DNA of 63,729 nt, the filler included, from Octopus bimaculoides (taxonomy: Eukaryota), in the NCBI RefSeq assembly GCF_001194135.2. It is 9 parts of 9 records of this genome, joined end to end, with 100 filler letters (N's around TTAATTAATTAA, not from the genome) between each part and the next. Parts side by side here need not be neighbours in the genome. Positions count along the whole stretch, not along the records: positions 17,935 to 32,391 come from NC_068999.1; positions 32,492 to 37,446 come from NC_068982.1; positions 37,547 to 42,391 come from NC_068993.1; 6 more parts are not named here. One strand, 5' to 3'. The translations under genes were made by a program, and so were the position numbers. Shown one piece after another: positions 25,041 to 38,717 of this stretch. The number at the start of each line of letters is the position of its first letter. Position 1 is the stretch's first letter. The notes beneath the pieces are model-generated. The model was given only the letters and a program-made list of their open reading frames with translations, was not told where the DNA came from and ran no database searches.

Positions 25041-25403
25041 ATGAATTTAAGGAAAAAGGTGAAGACTGAGAAGGTGAATGACAAGGACCTTTTTGTGTGC
25101 ACAGTCTGTGACAGACCATGTCTGTCCTTGGCTGGCCTCAAATCTCACCTGCGAACCCATGGAAAACAAACCTCACCCAGCTATTCTGATTATATGTCTG
25201 TGCACACGTTTGAATGTGGTGTGTGCCAGAGGGTTTGCAAATCCAATGGGGGTCTTAAAAGACATGTTAGGATCCACAATGAGCAGAACTTACTTGCAGG
25301 TATTGGTAGTGCAAATCAGAGGTGCAATCTGTGTGGGTGTTTTTTCAAAACACTGTCTGGTTTAAAAAGCCACATCAGACGCCATGAAAGGGCTAAGGTG
25401 TAN
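25041..25403 (+). CDS. Intact ORF with three C2H2 zinc fingers, derived from the 3' end of an RTE LINE
   Basis: MNLRKK...CTVC-x12-HLRTH, CGVC-x12-HVRIH, CNLC-x12-HIRRH; colinear homology to the RTE tail at 54640-54995; likely stop TA(n) at the gap edge. Confidence 0.7.
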
Positions 25404-26544
25404 NNNNNNNNNNNNNNNNNNNNNNNNNNNNNNNNNNNNNNNNNNNNNNNNNNNNNNNNNNNNNNNNNNNNNNNNNNNNNNNNNNNNNNNNNNNNNNNNN
25501 NNNNNNNNNNNNNNNNNNNNNNNNNNNNNNNNNNNNNNNNNNNNNNNNNNNNNNNNNNNNNNNNNNNNNNNNNNNNNNNNNNNNNNNNNNNNNNNNNNNN
25601 NNNNNNNNNNNNNNNNNNNNNNNNNNNNNNNNNNNNNNNNNNNNNNNNNNNNNNNNNNNNNNNNNNNNNNNNNNNNNNNNNNNNNNNNNNNNNNNNNNNN
25701 NNNNNNNNNNNNNNNNNNNNNNNNNNNNNNNNNNNNNNNNNNNNNNNNNNNNNNNNNNNNNNNNNNNNNNNNNNNNNNNNNNNNNNNNNNNNNNNNNNNN
25801 NNNNNNNNNNNNNNNNNNNNNNNNNNNNNNNNNNNNNNNNNNNNNNNNNNNNNNNNNNNNNNNNNNNNNNNNNNNNNNNNNNNNNNNNNNNNNNNNNNNN
25901 NNNNNNNNNNNNNNNNNNNNNNNNNNNNNNNNNNNNNNNNNNNNNNNNTATACATAAAACTATTATACTTGAATCCAGCTAATCCAATAATAAATATGTT
26001 AATCGACAGTAAGATAATTTGAATTAGTACGTATTTACAAACATGTTAGTTTCACACAAGAATCTCAGTCAAATGTCAGAAGTAATGAAAAATGCTGATA
26101 TCTTGTAAAAGTTTCAGCCACTGCAATATAATTTGTAATTTCATTTGTTTTATATTCTTACAGCTGTCGTAAAGTGATGATACTGATCAGCTGAAAATAG
26201 TTTCAGCACATGATTAAGGGCTCGAATATGTTGTCCATATATCGATGCGATCTTCCAAACGTGATTTTCCGGTTGCAGGATTTGTAATCATAAATCAGAA
26301 ATGACTGATGGGGAGCAGATATTTCACGTCATTACTATTCCGGGAATCTACCACCTCCAGATATTAAATTACCAACACCATCCCTACCATGCAAATAAGC
26401 ACGAGCCCATACATTCAGATATTCATAAGAATTTATTCACATGAATATTTGTATTTATATGTATGCGTAAGAGTGTGGGATTAGTTCATCCGTTAGGTTT
26501 CACGTTCATAAAGCAAATACAGAAGGTGAAACAAATAATTAATT

Positions 26545-26709
26545 ATATTATTTACATTATTTACAATTGACGGATATTTGTCCTCATCTTGTGTGTTATT
26601 AACATGACGTTTTGGCTGATATACCCTCCAACCTTCATCAGGTGTCTTGGGGAAATTTGGAACCTGGGTTTTCATTCCTAAGGCATGTTTCGATGTTTAT
26701 TATTATTAC

Positions 26710-26778
<69 letters not shown>

Positions 26779-26998
26779 CATCATCATTATCATCATCATC
26801 CTCATGATGATGATGGTAACATCGAAAAGCACCTTAGAAAGGAGAACCCAGCTTCGAAATTTCCGCAAGACACCTGATGGAGGCTGGATGGTATATCACC
26901 CGAAACGTGTTAACAACAAACAAGATGAGGACAAATATCCGTCAATTGTAAATAATTTAAATAATGTACATAATTTCTCATGTCTTAAATATAGAACT
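26545..26998. mobile_element. Two inverted Penelope-like pLTR fragments (family P2) with hammerhead motifs around an (ATT)/(CAT) tract
   Basis: Minus copy 26545-26700 and plus copy 26818-26998; GACAC-CTGATGA-A-GGYTG..CAGCC-GAAA-CGT consensus. Confidence 0.75.
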
Positions 26999-27433
26999 GA
27001 AATAAGTAATTAATGATGTGACTTAAATAAAGTAAGAATTAAATAAATCAAGAAAACGGAGAGGAACATACCTCATAATATGAACTTCCACAGGAGATTT
27101 CCACTACACGACATTTCAATTGAGAGAGGTTCATTCATTCAAGGAACAGACATGCTCATTGCTACAGAACGGCATTACCCGCGTGTAAACGACAGAATTT
27201 GAGGTATTTCATTCCCAAACGCGTGATACTCCGACTGCTACAATAAAAGGGTCGAAGTATGAAACCCAAGAATTTCTGCCATCAGGAATCAATGAATATT
27301 ACAACAGACGAGTAGTACCATAGAACCATAACTATTTTAGCCTCTACTATATATTCCGTATATATATTTACGCACACACACGCACCGATATACACAAACG
27401 CACACGCCCTTACGTACTCACTCACACACACAC

Positions 27434-27467
<34 letters not shown>

Positions 27468-29830
27468 NNNNNNNNNNNNNNNNNNNNNNNNNNNNNNNNN
27501 NNNNNNNNNNNNNNNNNNNNNNNNNNNNNNNNNNNNNNNNNNNNNNNNNNNNNNNNNNNNNNNNNNNNNNNNNNNNNNNNNNNNNNNNNNNNNNNNNNNN
27601 NNNNNNNNNNNNNNNNNNNNNNNNNNNNNNNNNNNNNNNNNNNNNNNNNNNNNNNNNNNNNNNNNNNNNNNNNNNNNNNNNNNNNNNNNNNNNNNNNNNN
27701 NNNNNNNNNNNNNNNNNNNNNNNNNNNNNNNNNNNNNNNNNNNNNNNNNNNNNNNNNNNNNNNNNNNNNNNNNNNNNNNNNNNNNNNNNNNNNNNNNNNN
27801 NNNNNNNNNNNNNNNNNNNNNNNNNNNNNNNNNNNNNNNNNNNNNNNNNNNNNNNNNNNNNNNNNNNNNNNNNNNNNNNNNNNNNNNNNNNNNNNNNNNN
27901 NNNNNNNNNNNNNNNNNNNATATATATATATATATATATACACGTAAAGAAACACACACAGAATATTTTAAACTATAGATATCGTGAAGCATAGTTTCTA
28001 TTTACACAGAATTTCTTCTCTGAACTCAGGTCATTGGAATCTTGAATCAAGTACAATTCTCTTTCTGAAGACGCAAAAATGTGTTTGTTGCATTCATTGC
28101 GCATCTGCATATTGTCAGCTACTATTTTTCATCTGATTTTCCTTTATATTTTTAAACACATTCTCTTGAATTTCTTTATCTGTAAATCATTTTCAGTGCA
28201 CGCTTCTATATTCCTACTTAAACTGGCTCTCCACTTCTTCGCTGCATTCTGCTTTAACGAATTTGTTTAGTTAGTAGTTTCTTACATCTTACTGGACAGT
28301 TGTCTTTATTTCTTCTTCAAAACTGTGTATTTCATATCCGTAATTATTATACAATTTGTGAATTAATCTGTGCATGGCTTTTAATATAGATAACCCGTAC
28401 ATCTAATACGTCACTTCTCTTCGTTTGTTCATTTTCCCTTTGTCTTGAATGTGACTACAGAAGTAAAACTAAAACGTCCTCAGTGAATCTTGTAGCTCCG
28501 CATGTTAAAAATTTGTAATCCGTTCAAATTTTATTCTTGGAAATTTCCACATGTTTGCAACGTAAGATCACTTCATTTCTTCTGCAGATTAATCATATTC
28601 ATTATTATGATTATATATTTCTATTTACGCCAAATACCTAAGTGACAGTTGTGTGTATTATTTCACAGTTTTTATTTATATAATGGCCTATGATAAGAAA
28701 GAATTGCGGAAATCTTAAACTTATATGAAATATAGTACTACAAGTAAATATTCGTAAACAGAGTAACGATAACAACCATATGTGGAACGGGAAGTTTTTA
28801 ATAGGACACATGGAACTTCGCTAACATTTTTATAAGAAATTATGTTAATTAAAGTAGTTTAATATTTCTGAAGACTGAATTTCGGTAACCCTAATGCAAT
28901 AATGACACATATAACAAACTTACGCACTGGAGTCGTACAGTTTGGTCGCTTTCATTGAAATAATATCAGACACACAAAAGAGGGTAACATACATTGTTTT
29001 AAATATTCCCATTTCTCTTCTGCTTTACCATATGTATGCATATATACAAATGCGCGCACACACGCACATATTACACACACAGGTACACATACATATGCCT
29101 ACACACATATATAAACGCACGCAGACATATATATGCATATGCTTACACACACACACACAAATATACACACATATACATCTACATGCATATAAATACGCAT
29201 TCACACACACAATCACATGGTTACTCACACATATACTTATGTAGGTTTTACCTCAAAACACACTTTTAATCTTTTAAACATCTATAAACCATAACAGACG
29301 TTTCACACCATTTGATGAATGAGCCAGGCATGAAGTTTACTATATTACTGGCAGTCACTAAATTGTCTTCGTATGCATCTTAAACGCTTTTCTTTATTCA
29401 AATTCACTATGTGCATGTACGTCTGTCTATACCTCCTGCATATGTGCTTCTGAGTCGAAGTATTCCGTGTATATTTTAAAACGCATGCGCGCGTGCCTTT
29501 GTGTGTCTGTGTAGATATACTTTGACATCAGTCTTGCAATACATAGCGTTTATAAAATTGATAAAGATATGACAATGCACGATACGTTAAACTAACTCAG
29601 ATTTATTTATATACACATCTACTAATCATATAAATGGAGGAAAAATAGTCACCAAGAAACAATATGGTCTCTACGTAGAATTTCTAATGTGATATTCCGC
29701 ATGAGACTCCAGTTTATGAAATATAAATACTTCATGTGCTACGTAAGCAATTTTCAGTTGCGGAAAGGAACTTAAAGCCATATATATAAAATTCTTTAGT
29801 GTCAGCAAGTTGTTATATCATCGACACGAG

Positions 29831-29876
29831 ATCATTTAATTCCTAGAGGCCTCTCGGCCTCTAGGAATTAAATGAT
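29831..29876. repeat. Perfect 21-bp inverted repeat with 4-nt loop
   Basis: ATCATTTAATTCCTAGAGGCC tctc GGCCTCTAGGAATTAAATGAT. Confidence 0.95.
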
Positions 29877-30027
29877 GGATAAGCGCACACAAAACTCATA
29901 CGTTCCCACTCATACATATATACACGCATATATATATTGAAAGATAGATAGGTAGATAGACAGATAGAAAGGCAGACAGATATTAAACTCGCAGGTATAC
30001 TGACCCTAATATATATGTATCTATATT

Positions 30028-30215
30028 AAGGCGGCGATTTGCTAGCAAAATGCTTAGACCTATTTCGTCTGTCGCTACGTTCTGAGCTCAAATTCTGCTG
30101 AGGTCGACTTTGCCTTTCATCCTTTCGAGGTCGATAAAATATGTACCAGTTACGCATTGGGGTCGATGTAATCGACTAGCCCCCGTCCCGCCAAATTTAG
30201 AAGGCATTGTGCCAA
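30028..30215 (+). mobile_element. SINE family B
   Basis: aaggcggcga...aaatgcttag...gttctgagctcaaattctgctgaggtcgactttgcctttcatcc. Confidence 0.75.
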
Positions 30216-31105
30216 GAGAAAAAACAATATATACGTATACATACATGCTCACATTGATCAAGTGTATTCATATTTTCACTGATCATGGACCCAGACGGAG
30301 AAAATCTATGATCAAATGAATTCGATCTGCGTGTATTTATTTTTAAAACTATATTGTGTATCCAATAATTTATTTCAAATCCATTTAAATTGAACATCTC
30401 CTCCACTCTAAAGTTTACATCAAGCCAACGATCTCTGTATATTTCTAATTCCATTTCCTTATGTATTATATATATAAAATATAGTATTGACATACAATAT
30501 TTCGCGTTTTAATCCAGAGATTTTCACTGGTATTTGAAACACGCCAAATGACTATATAGAGGGCCATGATGACTTTGAATCGTTTCATGTCATGTGTAAA
30601 TGAATTTGAACGGTGATATGAAATGAATAATAATATTTTATTAATCAAATGCTGCAATCATAATTTCGGATTATATTTTCTGAAGCTCGCATATTTCATC
30701 TTGATTGGAATCGTCTAAGTCTGAAGGTATGGAAAGTGAGTATTAGCTTTCATCCCTAACACGCACAAAAACGTAATCATATACGTTTACACATACGCAT
30801 ATACACATGCACATAATCACATTAATTTCGCATACGTTCTTAAATATATATGAATATTAGGGTACACGTATTTATAAATATATAAAAAATAAATAAAATA
30901 TAAGGATACAATCTTTATAAGAATTTATCAAGTAGTCAGCGTGAAAAAAAACATCATAAGGAAAAAATACCCATCGTTTTTTTTACACAATCAGTTATAC
31001 ACAGACACTCAATGAGACATGCACACTCACACTCACATACATGTATATATGTACATATATGCATACGTGTGTGTATCTATCTATCTTTCTATCTCTCTCT
31101 CTCTT

Positions 31106-31162
<57 letters not shown>

Positions 31163-31439
31163 NNNNNNNNNNNNNNNNNNNNNNNNNNNNNNNNNNNNNN
31201 NNNNNNNNNNNNNNNNNNNNNNNNNNNNNNNNNNNNNNNNNNNNNNNNNNNNNNNNNNNNNNNNNNNNNNNNNNNNNNNNNNNNNNNNNNNNNNNNNNNN
31301 NNNNNNNNNNNNNNNNNNNNNNNNNNNNNNNNNNNNNNNNNNNNNNNNNNNNNNNNNNNNNNNNNNNNNNNNNNNNNNNNNNNNNNNNNNNNNNNNNNNN
31401 NNNNNNNNNNATATATATATATATATATAAACAAGCATA

Positions 31440-31590
31440 CAACGGGATTCATTCAGTTTTCGTCAATCAAATCCACTCACAAATCTTTCGTTAGCTTGAA
31501 GCAGTGGTAGTAGATACTCATCACAAGTGCAACGCAGTGGGACTGAACCCCGAACAATGTTGTTTGAACAGAAGTTGCTTACCACACAGC
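31440..31590 (-). mobile_element. SINE family A head
   Basis: ttcagttttcgtc..ccaaatccactcacaa...cgcagtgggactgaaccc...cttaccacacagcc. Confidence 0.75.
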
Positions 31591-32491
31591 CATATCTGTA
31601 CATATACATGAGTATATATGCATCTGTATGCATATATTAGCATATGTACCTGGATATCCTCTTCATCTACTGCTGATATCGGTCACTTTAGTAAACTCAC
31701 TAGTCTTGAGAATCATTTTGACTCGAATCATATTCTTCTGCACATTGCGCAATTTAGTACGAAGCTTATAGTCATGGAAAATTGGTAATATTTATCTAAT
31801 GAATTATAATCTACATTGTTTTACATAAAAGCAATTCCATTAAAGACATACATAAATGTTGTTTAGTTCCGTATGAATATATTTTTATATCTTGTTTGCA
31901 AATATTTTAAGCTTAAGTAACATTTGATCAAAGGTCACACAAATCAATCGTTAACACACACTGTGAGATCATATTTCAGATTTATTTCTACTTTACGTCA
32001 GTTACCAGCCTTTCAAATCAAATCGATTCACTTTTGTTTAGGTTTTTTCGTATCGCTTTAAGATTGCTGGCGGCTAAATGAAACACAGTGTGTATGTTTA
32101 ATTGAAAGATACAATCAAGCGTAAATGTTAATGCACAGAAATTAATGGGTATATTCTAAGCGAAGAAAATCGGCAAATTAATCATAAAAACTAATCTAAA
32201 CTCAGTTTTCTTCTATATAATTTACACAAACCCCCACCCACAAACGTACACAAAGTCATACAGTCACATAGACATAAGCATAACTATATACGTGTCCGTA
32301 TACACATATATGTATATATATATATATACATATATGTGTATACGGACACTTATATAGTTATGCTTATATATATATATATATATATATATATNNNNNNNNN
32401 NNNNNNNNNNNNNNNNNNNNNNNNNNNNNNNNNNNTTAATTAATTAANNNNNNNNNNNNNNNNNNNNNNNNNNNNNNNNNNNNNNNNNNNN

Positions 32492-32770
32492 CAGGAAACC
32501 CCAAAATGGCTGAAGTCCAAAAGATAGTGCTCATGGGAACTGCCCATATCCTACGTAAAATACTGTCTATGTGATCTCAAATTTTAAAGCAAACATAATT
32601 TTCTTATGGTTTCTTAAACATTCACTTGAACAAAACTGTACAAATCCAAATATATGGTACCCTAGGCATAACACCTACATGAACTTCTAACTTGTTGTCT
32701 CTTGAGGTCTCTGGGTGAGACTTGGATCCAACTTGTACAAATGCAAAACAAAAGTCAAACATAAAATAAT
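32492..32770 (+). mobile_element. R4/Dong-type LINE 3' end with (TAA)n tail
   Basis: GNPKMAEVQKIVLMGTAHILRKILSM*, 3'UTR, then aataataataat. Confidence 0.8.
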
Positions 32771-32816
32771 AATAATAATAATAACAACAACAACAATAAA
32801 AATAATAATCATGATA

Positions 32817-33264
32817 AATGCTGTGCAAGGCATTGGCTTTCATGGCTTCTGATTTTAACTGATTGGAAGTGTTATCATGCTCATGTTTTGTCTTGGTATT
32901 AAAGATGGGCTACAGTAAATATTCTGCTCAATACCACAGATTTGCTTGTTAGTTGCCTGATCTTAACCAGTAGAGCATGTCTATTAGTGGCTGACGATAT
33001 GTGCATCTCTGATCACGAGCAGAAGTAGTGGGAGAGCATCATAGCCATGTGTTGAGAGGAATTCTTTGGGATTAGAATAATTCACCTCTGAAAACATGGG
33101 TGTTTTGTTCACTATCCTTAAACAACCCTTATTCAGAGACCTTTTGAGCGGGATGGGCTACTCGATCTGAAGAAAATTCTAACTGGGCCTCACTTGCAAA
33201 GTCACGTGTTGTTTACCTTGATATGAGATCACCATGTCGCGTACATATGGTTGTGATGCATGTG
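32817..33264 (+). mobile_element. ~550-bp non-coding TAA-associated repeat, 3'-truncated copy
   Basis: Reverse complement of 51640-52088, about 80% identical by eye. Confidence 0.8.
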
Positions 33265-34589
33265 TCATCGCTTGATTATTCTCTTAAATCCGAGGAAAGC
33301 ACATACAAGCTCTCAGCCCAGCTAGAGACCTACATTCTTTCGTTCAGGTAAGGCAACGATGGACGCCTCTCGCTACAGGTTTTTAGAAATCCTACCGCTT
33401 ACGGTGACGCATGCCTTCGTTCAGTCATGGAATTTTTCATTTTGTGTTTTGCTTTAGTTCCATTTCCTCCAAATGTTATTGTCGGCTTTCCAAATATTTT
33501 CTTTGCCTCCATCCACTCAGTTTCATTATTTACACCGATTCATTTAGATCATTATTCTCTCTCCCCATTTCCCCCACTTCATCTCTCTCCGCCCTCCTCT
33601 CCCCCCTCTCCCCCCCTCTCTCTCGCAAAATGCCCTATTTTCTCTTTCTCCTTTCTTTTCTCTTTCTCATGTCTCTTCTTTCTCTTTCAATTTTCTATCC
33701 GTTCTTATATTTTACAGTCTGCTCACATGATTGCCTGTCATACAATCTGTCTATTTCTATCTGCGCGTCCCTCCCTCCATCTCTTTCTTTCTGTCAATCT
33801 CACTCCTATCTATTGATTTGATTCTATTTAATGCTTCCTCCCTCTCAGTATAGCAACAGACTTCTAACGTAACAGAAGAAAAAAAAAAAAAGACAATTGA
33901 AAAAATCCGCACCCACTTAAAAGAATTTCAACAAAACAGCAAAAACAAAAACACAAACAATAGAGAACTTGACATGAGACATAACGCCGAATCTCTCTCT
34001 CTCTCTCTCTCTCTCTNNNNNNNNNNNNNNNNNNNNNNNNNNNNNNNNNNNNNNNNNNNNNNNNNNNNNNNNNNNNNNNNNNNNNNNNNNNNNNNNNNNN
34101 NNNNNNNNNNNNNNNNNNNNNNNNNNNNNNNNNNNNNNNNNNNNNNNNNNNNNNNNNNNNNNNNNNNNNNNNNNNNNNNNNNNNNNNNNNNNNNNNNNNN
34201 NNNNNNNNNNNNNNNNNNNNNNNNNNNNNNNNNNNNNNNNNNNNNNNNNNNNNNNNNNNNNNNNNNNNNNNNNNNNNNNNNNNNNNNNNNNNNNNNNNNN
34301 NNNNNNNNNNNNNNNNNNNNNNNNNNNNNNNNNNNNNNNNNNNNNNNNNNNNNNNNNNNNNNNNNNNNNNNNNNNNNNNNNNNNNNNNNNNNNNNNNNNN
34401 NNNNNNNNNNNNNNNNNNNNNNNNNNNNNNNNNNNNNNNNNNNNNNNNNNNNNNNNNNNNNNNNNNNNNNNNNNNNNNNNNNNNNNNNNNNNNNNNNNNN
34501 NNNNNNNNNNNNNNNNNNNNNNNNNNNNNNNNNNNNNNNNNNNNNNNNNNNNNNNNNNNNNNNNNNNNNNNNNNNNNNNNNNNNNNNNN

Positions 34590-34623
<34 letters not shown>

Positions 34624-35922
34624 GTATATATATATATATATGCGTTTGCGTAATATATAGACATATGTTGTTATGTGAAGTTATTTTATATAAAAACAAT
34701 TTAACATTAAATTGAAGGATCACTCGGAGTATGTTTGTTAATTTTTACAAAGAGTAGGTTGTTATTGACTTGTATGTATGTATGTATGTATGCATGTATG
34801 TATGTATGTATGTATGTATGTATGCATGTATTTATGTATTTATGTATGTATGTATGTATGTATGTATTTATGTATGTATGTATTTATGTATGTATGTATA
34901 TAAATAATGCATATCAGTAACAGACGTAAACAAAGGCATGTATCTTTATACGCGTAAATTACATATATAGTATGTTTAAGTTATAACTAATTATAACCAA
35001 ACTCTAATTTGTAAACTCACGCAAGCAATGACATGCCAAAGCATACAATTGTAGATTTATATATCAAAACATGAACCACCTGCTGTGGTAGAGATGTGGA
35101 ATTAGAGACGTGACGCGATAAAATAACGGGTGTAGAGTGCGATAGAGTGAGGGAGATAACAGTAATGACAGAGTAAAATAGAGAGGGAGGGATTGGGGAC
35201 GTGAGAGAGCGAAAGAGAAATTCATGTATATTATAGGTTGTGTGTGAAAAGAATTCCACAGAAAATGAAAAGAAGTGGAGGTAAATATTGATTTAAAGAA
35301 TTTCATATACAGGAATCTTGTTCAGTTATGTAACTCATCTATGGACGATGACCTTTAAATGCAATGTTGTTAGAACTTACAGCAGCAAAGCTTTAGATCC
35401 AATAGACAAATCGTCAATCTACGGGTTTTCTGTGTCGCCAAACTCTTCTATTGAGAGCTTATTGTTGGACTGTACTATCTTAGTTTGTGCCAACAGGTTC
35501 ACTACGAGCCTCATTTAAATCTGCTGTCCGAACTGTTGTAGTTTGTGCCAGGGGCTCGCTCATATTAAGATGACCATCTATGTATCATATTTAATGTAAA
35601 CACATCGCGGAAAAGCAAATTTTATTGCGGTATTTGTCCAGAAATAACAACTCTCTTAATTTAATAAATATCTCCTAAAACTGCTCCTGCTGCATATAAC
35701 GGACTTTTATTAAGCCGGACAGCTACTTACAACACTAGTGATTGTTCATTCAGTGTTCCTGGTAGTGAGAAATTGGTAGCGAAAATTTTTCCATCTTAGT
35801 CTGCTGCTAGCTGCGAGTACAGGCTACTGACAACGCTCAGCGAGGCATAAATGTGAATCTAGCATTTTCACCAGCTGGTGGACTATTTTCATCTGCCTCC
35901 GATATATGTGTGTAGGTATGTG

Positions 35923-36001
<79 letters not shown>

Positions 36002-36469
36002 NNNNNNNNNNNNNNNNNNNNNNNNNNNNNNNNNNNNNNNNNNNNNNNNNNNNNNNNNNNNNNNNNNNNNNNNNNNNNNNNNNNNNNNNNNNNNNNNNNN
36101 NNNNNNNNNNNNNNNNNNNNNNNNNNNNNNNNNNNNNNNNNNNNNNNNNNNNNNNNNNNNNNNNNNNNNNNNNNNNNNNNNNNNNNNNNNNNNNNNNNNN
36201 NNNNNNNNNNNNNNNNNNNNNNNNNNNNNNNNNNNNNNNNNNNNNNNNNNNNNNNNNNNNNNNNNNNNNNNNNNNNNNNNNNNNNNNNNNNNNNNNNNNN
36301 NNNNNNNNNNNNNNNNNNNNNNNNNNNNNNNNNNNNNNNNNNNNNNNNNNNNNNNNNNNNNNNNNNNNNNNNNNNNNNNNNNNNNNNNNNNNNNNNNNNN
36401 NNNNNNNNNNNNNNNNNNNNNNNNNNNNNNNNNNNNNNNNNNNNNNNNNNNNNNNNNNNNNNNNNNNNN

Positions 36470-36518
<49 letters not shown>

Positions 36519-37305
36519 TCTCTTACACACACACAATATACATGTAAGTATAAACATACATACATGCACACACATATACGTGTGTTATGTTTATTATAGT
36601 GTAAGTGTGTATGAATTAGATACAATAAAAATAATGTTTAAAATACATTGACACGTTCAAAATTACATGTTATAGTTAACGTTGAGAGTTCTCAAACGTT
36701 TAAAAGCATCTCTTTAGGGGCTATGTCCTGTGCTTCAAGTGCTGCAAATCGTTAAGGCATCAACTTGAACGAAACCAATTAAACGATAGAAACAGCGAGA
36801 TGGAGGAAGGGGTTAGCTTGGTAATAGAAATAATCAAATTTAGAAAATTGATGTAAATAATTGAATTTTTTTTTAGAAAAAAATTACTGAAACCGATAAT
36901 GAAATATTTGAAAATGAAAATATGCAATAGTTGGGATTTTAATGAGTTGTTATATGTTTATTAAAGAGATATTAAGGAAGATTATATTAGTCCAAACAAG
37001 GTACACCACACACACAGCAGACACACTGCGTACTTTCACGCGCACTCTCACGAACAAAAACACTCACACACACACACGTACAGAGAGACATGCACACCAT
37101 TCATACACACATACATACAAATATCATGGATATACACATTTCTGAGTATCTACGCAAGAATGCACGTGCGCACACATACGTACGTATATAGGTATGGATG
37201 TATGGATGTATGTATGTATCTATCTATACACATGCATATGTATGTATATATGTATGTACATATATACGTACATACATATATATATATATATATATATACA
37301 TATAT

Positions 37306-37446
37306 ACGACAGGCTTCTTTCAGTTTACTTCTACCAAATCCACTCACAAGGCTTTGGTCGGCTCGAGGCTATAGTAGAAGACACTTGCCCAAGGTGCCAC
37401 GCAGTAGGAATGAACCCGGAACCATGTGGTTGGTAAGCAAGCTACT
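37306..37446 (-). mobile_element. SINE family A head, well conserved
   Basis: gacacttgcccaaggtgccacgcagtaggaatgaacccggaaccatgtggttggtaagcaagctact. Confidence 0.85.
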
Positions 37447-37721
37447 NNNNNNNNNNNNNNNNNNNNNNNNNNNNNNNNNNNNNNNNNNNNTTAATTAATT
37501 AANNNNNNNNNNNNNNNNNNNNNNNNNNNNNNNNNNNNNNNNNNNNTGTTGAATACGTCTTTATGTTTATATATTCTAATCATTAGCGAGTAACAATGAT
37601 TTTATCCCAATTCAGCAGTTAACAGTTTAATATGTATACCTGTAGTCCAATAGTGGTTAGTTTGTAATAGTTTTCTAGCTGTATAAGGCCTCTACCACAT
37701 TATTATTAATTACTATTTTTA

Positions 37722-37776
<55 letters not shown>

Positions 37777-38248
37777 AAAATACGTAAATACAAAAATATT
37801 GTTATGGAAGTAAAAGCATTCTTTATCAATATTAAACATTGGTATTTTGTCTAACATGTTGCAAAAGTGATCACGTGTTCGTTCATGAAAAAATAATGGC
37901 CAGAGGAAAAATACAATAAACTAAGAGTACATTGCTTACCTTAATAAATTTTCACATTGAAATATGGCTGCCAACAATGCAGGTAAGAAGAAAAATGACT
38001 GCCAACAATGCAGGTAAGAAAGTTATTTAGTAAAATGTTGAATATTTTAAAGATTCGGATAAAAACAGGATTTTTCTTGTTCTTCATAATAAAAAAAAAG
38101 ACACAGAGAGTACAAATATATACATGTTTTCACAGTTACAAATATAGTTCCACATTCAGACACACGAATGTATATGTGCATATATGTATATGTGCATGTG
38201 GGCGTTTGTGTCTGTATGAATGCATACACATGTGTTTGTGAGTTTGTG

Positions 38249-38309
<61 letters not shown>

Positions 38310-38564
38310 NNNNNNNNNNNNNNNNNNNNNNNNNNNNNNNNNNNNNNNNNNNNNNNNNNNNNNNNNNNNNNNNNNGTGCGTAAGTGTGTGCACGTTTATG
38401 TATCTCCTTATGTATTTACGTATATGTTTACTCTTTACTTTTGCATCCATTGGAATCAGCCAAGCTGGGGCACGGCCTTCATGGTAGAAACCAATCAAAT
38501 CGATACGATAGTAGCACTATAGAATCATTTAACCTAATTTCTTCGTAACAGAAATATAAAGGAG

Positions 38565-38717
38565 ATGAGAAGCGATAGACAAACGCACCCGGTCGAGTTG
38601 GTAGCTGCCGGAGAGAGCGTGCGAGCCGCGGGCGCGAACCCGGCTGAAGGCGACCGCGGATGCAATAACTTCATGCACGAGCTTTGCTGGCAATTTTGCA
38701 TGGGCAATGATCTGTGA
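38565..38717 (+). CDS. Candidate 50-aa Cys-containing small ORF or exon in a CpG-rich island
   Basis: MRSDRQTHPVELVAAGESVRAAGANPAEGDRGCNNFMHELCWQFCMGNDL*; acceptor-like ttcttcgtaacag ends at 38551; product and strand unresolved. Confidence 0.3.
   Translation: MRSDRQTHPVELVAAGESVRAAGANPAEGDRGCNNFMHELCWQFCMGNDL

Noticed and set aside
31955-31985. bantam miRNA-like TGAGATCAT
   Set aside because: Only the seed matches; no pairing star arm.
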